In this document: positions 30,886-38,857 of the stretch, one piece after another
How the letters are laid out: each line of letters opens with the position of its first letter
Position numbering within the stretch: position 1 is the first letter of the stretch
Position numbers and translations under genes: made by a program
The notes under the pieces: generated by a model
Told to the model about the DNA's origin: nothing
Seen by the model: only the letters and a program-made list of their open reading frames with translations
The model's database searches: none
Origin: an uncultured cyanobacterium
GTDB lineage: Bacteria > Cyanobacteriota > Cyanobacteriia > Cyanobacteriales > CAWCAG01
Assembly: GCA_963803805.1 (NCBI GenBank)
Contig: CAWDOD010000011.1
Span: 96,001 to 160,000 of the forward strand
Direction of reading: 5' to 3'
Length of the DNA: 64,000 bases

Positions 30886-32736
30886 ATGAAGATGACCGAA
30901 AGCCCTACAAATTCGACAGTTAGGGAAGACCAACAACCTGCTACAATAGTAGAGTTATTGCGCAATAAAGCAGCTCAGCAAGGCGACCAGCTAGCCTATA
31001 CATTTTTAATCGATGGTAAAAGAGAAGGGGACTGTGTAACCTATTCCCAACTCGATGCCCAAGCTAGAGCGATCGCCGCTTATCTGCAAAAGAATCAAGT
31101 TAAAGGAGAACGGGCGCTCCTCCTTTATCCTCAAGGTATTGAGGTGGTAGCTGCTTTTTGTGGCTGTCTCTATGCTGGGGTCATTGCTATCCCCGTCCCT
31201 CCCCCAGAATCTGGGCGTATGAAGCGCACTTTACCGAGATTAAGGTCAATTGTCAAAGATGCCCGCGCTTCTCTTGTTTTGACCACAGAAAGGATTTTGG
31301 AAACCATTGTTAATGTTCAGGAGGAGTTTCCTGAATTTGAGACAATGGAATGGATCGACACAGAAAAAATTGACTATCAGTTAGGGGAGAAATGGCAAGA
31401 TCCTCAAATAGATAAAGAGGCGATCGCCTATCTCCAATATACTTCTGGTTCTACTTCCACTCCCAAAGGGGTAATGCTCACCCACGGTAACTTAGTCTTC
31501 CACTGCGGCAACCTACAAAAAGCCTGTGGTTACGACGATAGTAGCATTACGGTTACTTGGATGCCCTATTTCCATGATTATGGGTTGGTAGAAGGGTTGA
31601 TGGTTCCTTTATTTAATGGAACTCCTTGTTACATCATGTCCCCCTTCGCCTTTGTGAAGCGTCCTTTGCGGTGGTTGCAAAGTATTAGTAAGTATAAGGC
31701 TACCCATAGCCAAGCCCCCAACTTTGCCTATGACCTTTCAGTACGCAAAATCAAACCGAAACAACTAGAAACTTTAGATTTGAGTTGTTGGGAAGCAGCA
31801 GGAAACGCGGCGGAACCCATTAACCCCAAGGTTATGGAAAATTTTTACCAAACCTTCGCCCCAACTGGTTTTCGCTGGAATGCCTTTGCCCCTGCCTATG
31901 GTTTAGCCGAAGCAACCTTGTTAGTTTCTACTAAACCTAAATTAACAGAACCTGTCATTGGTTACTTTGACTCTCAAGCCTTGGAACGGGATAAAATTAT
32001 TCCCGTTAATCAAGAGGGGGAAGGGGTGAGAACTATTGCTAGTTGTGGTCAGTTGGTTTGCGAAACTCAAGTAGCTATTGTTAATCCTGATACGAAGAAG
32101 CGCTGCGCCCCCGATGAGGTGGGGGAAATTTGGGTATCTGACAAGAGTGTTACCCAAGGTTATTGGGAACGCCCAGAGGCGACAGCAGAAAATTTTAATG
32201 CTTACATTGCTGATAGCAACGAAGGGCCCTTTTTAAGGACGGGGGATTTAGGTTTTCTCCAAGAAGGGGAACTTTATATTAACGGTCGTATTAAAGATTT
32301 AATTATTATCCACGGCACAAACCATTATCCCCAGGATATTGAGTGGACGGTACAACAACTACATCCCGAACTTCGCCCTGATTATGGTGCAGCCTTTTCT
32401 ATCTTGGTGAGGGGGGAAGAAAAATTAGTGGTTGTTCAAGAAATAGAACGTCGTGCCAAAGAAATTGACCCCGAAGCAATGTTACCGGAAATTAAGCAAG
32501 CGATCGCCGAAGAACATGAATTGCAAGTTCATGCTTTGGTGTTAGCAAAACCAGGAAACATTCTTAAAACCTCTAGCGGCAAAATCCAACGCCGCGCCTG
32601 CAAAGCAAGTTTTTTGGCAGGGGAACTGGGAGTTATTGCTGACTGGAGTGAAAATCCCCAAATTACCGCGAAATTTCGTGACCTCGAAGGAGAAGTAGAA
32701 TCTTTAGCCGCTAGCTTGAAAACCACTAAATCCTAG
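30886..32736 (+). CDS. Fatty acyl-AMP ligase (FAAL)
   Basis: YLQYTSGSTSTPKGV, WMPYFHDYGL, YGLAEATL, RTGDLG, NHYPQDIE and KTSSGKIQR motifs. Confidence 0.92.
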   Translation: MKMTESPTNSTVREDQQPATIVELLRNKAAQQGDQLAYTFLIDGKREGDCVTYSQLDAQARAIAAYLQKNQVKGERALLLYPQGIEVVAAFCGCLYAGVIAIPVPPPESGRMKRTLPRLRSIVKDARASLVLTTERILETIVNVQEEFPEFETMEWIDTEKIDYQLGEKWQDPQIDKEAIAYLQYTSGSTSTPKGVMLTHGNLVFHCGNLQKACGYDDSSITVTWMPYFHDYGLVEGLMVPLFNGTPCYIMSPFAFVKRPLRWLQSISKYKATHSQAPNFAYDLSVRKIKPKQLETLDLSCWEAAGNAAEPINPKVMENFYQTFAPTGFRWNAFAPAYGLAEATLLVSTKPKLTEPVIGYFDSQALERDKIIPVNQEGEGVRTIASCGQLVCETQVAIVNPDTKKRCAPDEVGEIWVSDKSVTQGYWERPEATAENFNAYIADSNEGPFLRTGDLGFLQEGELYINGRIKDLIIIHGTNHYPQDIEWTVQQLHPELRPDYGAAFSILVRGEEKLVVVQEIERRAKEIDPEAMLPEIKQAIAEEHELQVHALVLAKPGNILKTSSGKIQRRACKASFLAGELGVIADWSENPQITAKFRDLEGEVESLAASLKTTKS

Positions 32737-32765
32737 TAGAAACATTCCGTCGGAACGTCTCTACT
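32734..32765. repeat. REP-like palindrome between FAAL and the dehydrogenase
   Basis: TAGTAGAAACATTCC-gtc-GGAACGTCTCTACT. Confidence 0.6.
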
Positions 32766-32785
32766 AGAAAAAGGAGAATATATTA

Positions 32786-34594
32786 ATGCATCCCTTAAAA
32801 CAATATTGGGTCGCAGAAACCTTAGAAAAAGACTTAGGCGCACCCTCAAACCCTAACAGTAAAGTTTCTTGGCAACGTACTGCTGAGTTGGACGAAAAAG
32901 AAGAGTTTCCCCAAGCAGAAATTGACTGGCTTTATAACCAGAAGTTGCAACATTACTACATTCCTAGTGAATGTGGCGGTGAATTCACCAACTTTGAAGA
33001 ATTTGTCGCTTTTGTGCGAGTTCTTTCTCGCCGGGATCAAAACGTAGCGATCGCCTTTACCACCATGTTTTGGTCTTATTTATGCTGGATGGCAGGAACC
33101 CCAGAACAGAAAAAGAAACTGGCTAGTCTCATGAAAGATGAGAACGAAACCATGTGTCTGGCTTATTCAGAAAAGGAACATGGTAGCGACTTAGTAGGGG
33201 GAGAAACCACAGCTACAAAGGTTCCTGGCGGTTACTTACTCAACGGGGAAAAATGGCCCATTAACCGCGCCACCCGTTCCGGTACAACTTTTGTAATTGC
33301 CCAAACCGACCCAGAAGGGGGAAGCAGAAGCCTTTCTCTATTCATGGTGGATAAGCGGGAATTAGACAAGTCTCAATATTACAACCTACCCAAAATTCCC
33401 TGCCACGGTATCAAAGCCGCAGATATGAGTGGTATTGGTTTCACAGATTGTTTCATCCCGGAGAGTACCCTGTTAGGGGAAGAAGGGCAAGGTTTAGAAT
33501 TAGGTCTAAAAGGCTTCCAAATCACCCGTACCCTCTGTGCTGCCTTTTCCCAAGGGGCCGCAGATACCACAGTGCGTACCACCTTGAAACTTGCTTTAAA
33601 TAGAATAGTTTATGGTAAAACAGTCTTTGACCTCCCTTTCCCCCGCCGCATCTTAGTAAACGCTTTCCTCGATATATTAATTTGCGATTGCGAAGTAATT
33701 GCCTCAGCTAGAGGTTTCAGTATCATTCCCCAACAATTTAGTGTTTGGGCTTCGGTGGTTAAATATTTCGTTCCCATTACCTTAGAAAATATGATTAACG
33801 GCCTTTCTTCGGTATTAGGGGCGCGTTTCTATTTTCGGGATGAACACGACTCTGGAGTTTTCCAAAAAATGCTCCGGGATAACTCTATTATTAGCATTTT
33901 TGATGGTAGTGGCTTGGTTAACCTCCATGCCTTAATTTTACAATTTCGTCAAATTGCTAAACACCGTAGCCGCCTTAACGAAAAGAAGAAACAAGCCTTG
34001 GCATCCCGTCTGGAGAAAATCTTCACCCTTAACCAAGAAGTTCCCCACTTTGACGGCAGCAAACTAGAAATTTTTGGTCGTGGTGCAGATGATGCCATGC
34101 AGGGTTTAGAACTATCCCTGGCTAAGTTAAAGGAGTTGAAAAATAATCCTGATGTTAGCCAACAGGTACTTAAGTATATCCTCCAACTGAGCAATAAACT
34201 AAGTGCAGAAGTCAACCAGATGCACGAAAATTTTGCTAACTCAAGCTTTGAATTTGGTCATGATCAAACTCCGGAGTCCTTTGAATTAGCCAAAAAGTAC
34301 TGTGCTTTACACGCTGCTAGTTGTTGCATCCATATGTGGGTTTATAACCGCACCAACTTAGAACCATTCTTTGCCCAAGGAGAATGGTTAGTTTTAGCCC
34401 TTAACAAGCTACTAAAACCCTATCATCCTAACGAAGAGTTGATTTTGCCGGATTATGGAGAAAACTTAGCTCAAGAACTAGTTAAACTTTATAACCAAGA
34501 CAAACTCTTTTCCATTGTTCCTTTCCAATTAGCACAAACCCAATCTCAGGAGAATAAAAAAGATGCAAGTTCAGAACTACAACTCCAAGCCTAG
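32786..34594 (+). CDS. Acyl-CoA/acyl-ACP dehydrogenase family protein
   Basis: LAYSEKEHGSD, LNGEKWPIN and IFDGS motifs; AAGGAG SD. Confidence 0.9.
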   Translation: MHPLKQYWVAETLEKDLGAPSNPNSKVSWQRTAELDEKEEFPQAEIDWLYNQKLQHYYIPSECGGEFTNFEEFVAFVRVLSRRDQNVAIAFTTMFWSYLCWMAGTPEQKKKLASLMKDENETMCLAYSEKEHGSDLVGGETTATKVPGGYLLNGEKWPINRATRSGTTFVIAQTDPEGGSRSLSLFMVDKRELDKSQYYNLPKIPCHGIKAADMSGIGFTDCFIPESTLLGEEGQGLELGLKGFQITRTLCAAFSQGAADTTVRTTLKLALNRIVYGKTVFDLPFPRRILVNAFLDILICDCEVIASARGFSIIPQQFSVWASVVKYFVPITLENMINGLSSVLGARFYFRDEHDSGVFQKMLRDNSIISIFDGSGLVNLHALILQFRQIAKHRSRLNEKKKQALASRLEKIFTLNQEVPHFDGSKLEIFGRGADDAMQGLELSLAKLKELKNNPDVSQQVLKYILQLSNKLSAEVNQMHENFANSSFEFGHDQTPESFELAKKYCALHAASCCIHMWVYNRTNLEPFFAQGEWLVLALNKLLKPYHPNEELILPDYGENLAQELVKLYNQDKLFSIVPFQLAQTQSQENKKDASSELQLQA

Positions 34595-34880
34595 TGAACA
34601 AGCTACAGGGGAGAATTCCCCCACAGAAGCGATTCAAAGCTGGTTAGTGGCGCAATTAGCCGAGGAATTATCCTTAGACCCCAACTCTATTAAAGTTAGC
34701 GAACCCTTGACCCGTTATGGTTTAGACTCAATTGATGCTGTAACTTTGGTGGGTGATTTAGAAGACTGGTTAGATTTAGAGTTACCTTCTACTTTATTCT
34801 GGGATCACCCCACGATCGAAAAATCTGCCCAGTTTCTCGTTTCTGAGTTTGATGTGGCAGAAGCGTTGGAAGAGGCCTAA
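34563..34880 (+). CDS. Acyl carrier protein
   Basis: YGLDSIDAV phosphopantetheine Ser and DHPTI; AGGAG SD inside the upstream gene. Confidence 0.92.
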   Translation: MQVQNYNSKPSEQATGENSPTEAIQSWLVAQLAEELSLDPNSIKVSEPLTRYGLDSIDAVTLVGDLEDWLDLELPSTLFWDHPTIEKSAQFLVSEFDVAEALEEA

Positions 34881-34992
34881 GTTATCTCATCTAAGTTATG
34901 CCCTTTTGGGGAGATGGGGAGATGGGGAAACAAGATAATATCTTTTGCCCTTTACCCTTTATCTGTAAAACCCTGTTCCCCCTTCCTTCTAA

Positions 34993-35027
34993 CCACTAGC
35001 CACTAGCCACTAGCCATTAGCAATTAG
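34993..35027 (+). repeat. Heptamer tandem repeat (CCACTAG/CCATTAG; STRR-like)
   Basis: Five units. The same family occurs near 25856, 28573, 30209, 37466 and 38818 in either orientation. Confidence 0.8.
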
Positions 35028-35039
35028 CATCAAAATAAA

Positions 35040-36515
35040 TTGAACTTTTCAGACTTTTCATTTTGGTGGGTGCTGCTACTCTACAGCATTCCGTTTTTAA
35101 TCATTCGCACTATTGGCAAGTCCATTAACCGTTGGTTGCCGGAATTTGACCGCATTGGTTTAATGGTCTTGTCTTTGACGTTGTTTTTAAATGCTTCTTT
35201 TAAAAGCTTCGCTGTCTTCCTGTTTGAGATTATTTTTAATTACTTAATGGTGCGGTTAATGCTGCGCCAAAAAGGAACTTCAGCCAAACTGTTGGCCACT
35301 TTGGTGATTGTTTTTGATATTGCTATTTTGGCTTATTTTAAATATTTAACTTTTTTTGTTGAAGATGTAATCGGTTTAGGCATACCTGGTGGCATCTCAG
35401 AAAATTGGCAAGCAGGCTTTCCTTTACCCGTATTTAATCAAATTCCCCCTGGAGTTTCCTTCTATACCTTCCAAATGGTATCTTTTGTGGTGGAATCCCT
35501 GAAGCAAACCAAAAGGAAACGCCAGCCTAAACCCATTGCTTTTATTGATTACGTTAACTTTGTGGCCTTTTTTCCTCAAATTGTTGCTGGTCCTATTGAA
35601 CGGCGTTCAGATTTATTTCCCCAACTCCAAAAATTTGAATTTCAATTTAAGGCAGATAATATTGAAGCGGGACTGCGTTGGTTTTCCCTAGGACTATTTA
35701 TGAAAATGGTTCTGGCGGATAATCTTTTCCCTTTCATTGATATAGAACAAGCAACCAATCCTTGGTTAGTGTGGTTGTATGCTTTCCTCTTTACCCTGAG
35801 AATTTACTTTGATTTTGCCGGTTATAGTTTCATGGCTTTGGGTATTGCTAGGACTATGGGGGTACAACTAACTATCAACTTTCTCTCTCCCTATACTTCC
35901 ACCAGTATTCAAGAATTTTGGCGACGGTGGCATATCACCTTAAGTACTTGGTTTCGGGATTATGTCTTTATTCCTTTGATGGGGACTAACAAAAAGTGGG
36001 CCACTTCCTATCTTTTCATAACCTTCACCCTGTCTGGTTTCTGGCACGGTGCAGCTTGGAATTTTATTATTTGGGGAGCATACCACGGGGCTTTATTGCT
36101 TCTGTTGCGTTATGCTGGGCGGCCTTTCCAACGCTTGGTGGGGCAACCTGGCGGAGGTTCGCAGTTTTTCTCTTGGGCTTTAACTTTTGGGTCAGTAATT
36201 TTGGGTTGCTTATTCTTTATGGAAACGAATATTAGCCGCTTAGTTACCAAACTACAAACTATTATTAATCCCACAGCTTATTCCTGGGGTAACTTAACTG
36301 GGGCTTTTAGCGATTTTACCGTTAATGAAATAGCTGCTCTTAGTTTAACCTTGGGGCTAAGTTTGGGTTGGTTACTAATTGAACATATTGAAGTTTGGCA
36401 AAAACGCCCCGAATACGAACTACTCCGAAACCCTTGGGTATCCCCTTTGCTGCTAGGTTTAACCTTTTTATTAGCAGCTAATCAACCTTCTGAATTTATT
36501 TACTTTGAATTCTAA
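35040..36515 (+). CDS. MBOAT O-acyltransferase (AlgI/DltB-like) #1
   Basis: GVSFYTFQ, FFPQIVAGPI, DFAGYS, FWRRWHITLS, catalytic SGFWHG; C-terminus FIYFEF. Confidence 0.92.
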   Translation: MNFSDFSFWWVLLLYSIPFLIIRTIGKSINRWLPEFDRIGLMVLSLTLFLNASFKSFAVFLFEIIFNYLMVRLMLRQKGTSAKLLATLVIVFDIAILAYFKYLTFFVEDVIGLGIPGGISENWQAGFPLPVFNQIPPGVSFYTFQMVSFVVESLKQTKRKRQPKPIAFIDYVNFVAFFPQIVAGPIERRSDLFPQLQKFEFQFKADNIEAGLRWFSLGLFMKMVLADNLFPFIDIEQATNPWLVWLYAFLFTLRIYFDFAGYSFMALGIARTMGVQLTINFLSPYTSTSIQEFWRRWHITLSTWFRDYVFIPLMGTNKKWATSYLFITFTLSGFWHGAAWNFIIWGAYHGALLLLLRYAGRPFQRLVGQPGGGSQFFSWALTFGSVILGCLFFMETNISRLVTKLQTIINPTAYSWGNLTGAFSDFTVNEIAALSLTLGLSLGWLLIEHIEVWQKRPEYELLRNPWVSPLLLGLTFLLAANQPSEFIYFEF

Positions 36516-37444
36516 TGTCGAAACCTTTAAACCTACTGAAATGGTTCGCTGCGGCTGGTTTAGCTTGGGGTCTTGGTTGCGTTTATAACGTTTACTATGG
36601 CGGCGAGTTAAGTTGGTTGCGGATTATGTATCAAGAGAAAGTCGCCTTAGCCAAAAAGATCGAAGCCCCAAGAAGATTAATTATTACCGGGGGTTCAGGG
36701 GCCCATTACACAATTAATTCTGAGTTGTTGGAAAAAGAGTTAGGCATACCTGTAATTAACCTGGGTATAGATGGTCCTGTGGGATTAGATGTAATTCTAC
36801 CCAGTGTTCTTAAGCAAGTGCAACCAGGGGATGTCGTCCTATTAATTCCTGAATATTTAGTTCTCCTCGATGAAGATGGTTTAGGGGAACGTTCCGGCCC
36901 TTTTGTTTTGGCTACCGGACAGGTTGGTATAGGAGATATTCCCCCGAAACAGTTGGCCCAGGATATTTGGATGTTAGGCATTCCTAGCTTAAGGGCCTTG
37001 ACAAAATCAACTTTTGACCTCTTCCAAGAAGGTAGATTGACAGGTTACTATTCTGACCCCATTACCGAACGAGGAGATCCCACAGTAATTAAAGAAAGGA
37101 CAGGGGAATGGTGGAAATTAAAAATTCAAGACCCCATCTCACCCCACTCTGTTAAACGCATCAAAAAGTTTCGCGAAGAATTAGAAGCTAAGGAGGCAAA
37201 TTTAGTTATTTCTTTGCCTTGGGTTTATGCGGAAAAAGACAAAAATACTCTCAAAAATGTCAAAAAAACTGCCCAAGAAATGGAGAAAATTGCCCCTCTA
37301 ATTTATGATCCCAAAAATTACAATATCCAAAGCGATTCGGATCTCTTCGCCGACACCCACTACCATCTCAAATTAGATTCCATGAAAATGCGATCGCGCC
37401 AAATTGCTGAAGAAATTGAACCGATTTTGGAAGAATTAGAGTGA
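36515..37444 (+). CDS. Membrane-anchored SGNH/DltD-like acyltransferase partner
   Basis: N-terminal TM; ITGGSG (block I Ser), INLGIDG and DTHYH. TAATG stop/start overlap with the MBOAT. Confidence 0.7.
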   Translation: MSKPLNLLKWFAAAGLAWGLGCVYNVYYGGELSWLRIMYQEKVALAKKIEAPRRLIITGGSGAHYTINSELLEKELGIPVINLGIDGPVGLDVILPSVLKQVQPGDVVLLIPEYLVLLDEDGLGERSGPFVLATGQVGIGDIPPKQLAQDIWMLGIPSLRALTKSTFDLFQEGRLTGYYSDPITERGDPTVIKERTGEWWKLKIQDPISPHSVKRIKKFREELEAKEANLVISLPWVYAEKDKNTLKNVKKTAQEMEKIAPLIYDPKNYNIQSDSDLFADTHYHLKLDSMKMRSRQIAEEIEPILEELE

Positions 37445-37571
37445 TTGTTAATTGTTAATTGCTATTGGCTAATGGCTAATGGCTAGTTGCTGGTTGTCAG
37501 AGGGAACAGAGAAGAGAATAGGCAATAGTATTGTTCTTTACTTATTACCCATCACCTTCCTTGAAAAGTAA

Positions 37572-38771
37572 ATGTCAGATCAAACCAATCTTCCTAATAC
37601 AACAACTCCTATCAAAATCTGCATCCTGGGAGGTGGTTTTGGTGGGCTTTATACGGCTTTATATTTGCAGTCTTTTAAAGGGATTAATTCTTCTCGCTAT
37701 CAAGTTACGTTAGTTGATCAAAATGACCATCTTCTCTTTACTCCCTTGCTTTATGAAGTGATTACTGATGAGTTACAAACTTGGGAAATTGCCCCTACTT
37801 ATAAAAAGTTGTTGAATCATACAAAGGTAAGAATTATTCAGGATCGAGTTGTTGCTTTAGATTTAGAAAGTCGTTCAGTAAAACTACAACAAGGACAACT
37901 TACCTATGATTATTTAGTTCTTGCTTTAGGGAATAAGAATCGTTTTGCAGGAGTTCCGGGGGCGAAAGAACATAGTTTAACTTTCCGTAGCTTAAAAGAT
38001 ACTTTACGTTTGAAAGAAAGGCTTGGGGAATTGGCAAAATCGGCAAGGGAAACTATTCATGTAGTAATTATTGGTGGTGGCCCGAGTGGAGTAGAATTAG
38101 GGACAAAAATAGCTGACTTTTTGGGTAGAAGGGGAGAGATACGCTTAATAGAAAGGGGGACTCAAATTCTCAAAGCTTATACCCCAGCAACCCAACGTAG
38201 CGGTAAGGAAGCTTTGGAAAAAAGAGGAGTGAGGATAAGTTTTGAAACTAGTGTTGAGAGGGTTGAACCGGATCAAGTTACTTTAATCCAAAAAGGAGAA
38301 ACTTTTGCTATTCCGGTAGATTTAGTGTTGTGGAGTGCAGGTACAAAAACTCAGGAATTAATTGCTAATTTAACTTGCCAACATAATGAACAAGGACAAG
38401 TAATTACTTTACCTACTCTACAAATCCCCGAATATCCTGAAGTACTTGCTTTAGGAGATTTAGCAGAAGTTAAAAACCCTAATGGTAAATTAGTCCCCGC
38501 AACGGCACAAGCCGCTTATCAACAAGCAAGTCAAGCAGCTAAAAATTTGAGGGCTAGTTTGGCAAATAAACCTTTAAAACGCTTTCGTTATTTGCATTTA
38601 GGAGAAATGATTACTTTAGGGGTTAATGATGCAGCAGTTTCAAGTTTCGGTATCAATTTAAAAGGTTCCCTAGCTGCTTTGGTAAGAAGAATTGTTTATC
38701 TTCAACGCTTACCAACTTTTTCTCATCGTTGGAAAGTTCTTAAGGGCTGGTTGGGGCTAAGTAATAAGTAA
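37572..38771 (+). CDS. Type II NAD(P)H dehydrogenase, NdbB/demethylphylloquinone reductase-like
   Basis: ICILGGGFGGLYTAL, LQTWEIAP, GGGPSGVE and PATAQAAYQQ motifs. Confidence 0.8.
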   Translation: MSDQTNLPNTTTPIKICILGGGFGGLYTALYLQSFKGINSSRYQVTLVDQNDHLLFTPLLYEVITDELQTWEIAPTYKKLLNHTKVRIIQDRVVALDLESRSVKLQQGQLTYDYLVLALGNKNRFAGVPGAKEHSLTFRSLKDTLRLKERLGELAKSARETIHVVIIGGGPSGVELGTKIADFLGRRGEIRLIERGTQILKAYTPATQRSGKEALEKRGVRISFETSVERVEPDQVTLIQKGETFAIPVDLVLWSAGTKTQELIANLTCQHNEQGQVITLPTLQIPEYPEVLALGDLAEVKNPNGKLVPATAQAAYQQASQAAKNLRASLANKPLKRFRYLHLGEMITLGVNDAAVSSFGINLKGSLAALVRRIVYLQRLPTFSHRWKVLKGWLGLSNK

Positions 38772-38857
38772 TAAGTAAAGGGAATAATGATTTATGTCAG
38801 CAGTTAGATATTAACAACTAGCCATTAGCAACTAGCCATTAGCCATTAGCAAAAACT

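Noticed and set aside
30886-34880. Lipopeptide/polyketide or alkene (Ols) biosynthetic cluster
   Set aside because: No KS, C, TE, sulfotransferase or halogenase domains nearby; the downstream genes are MBOAT and SGNH instead.
34993-35027. Intergenic tandem repeats as a possible CRISPR array
   Set aside because: Units are 7 nt with no unique spacers and there are no cas genes; these are ordinary cyanobacterial STRR-like repeats.
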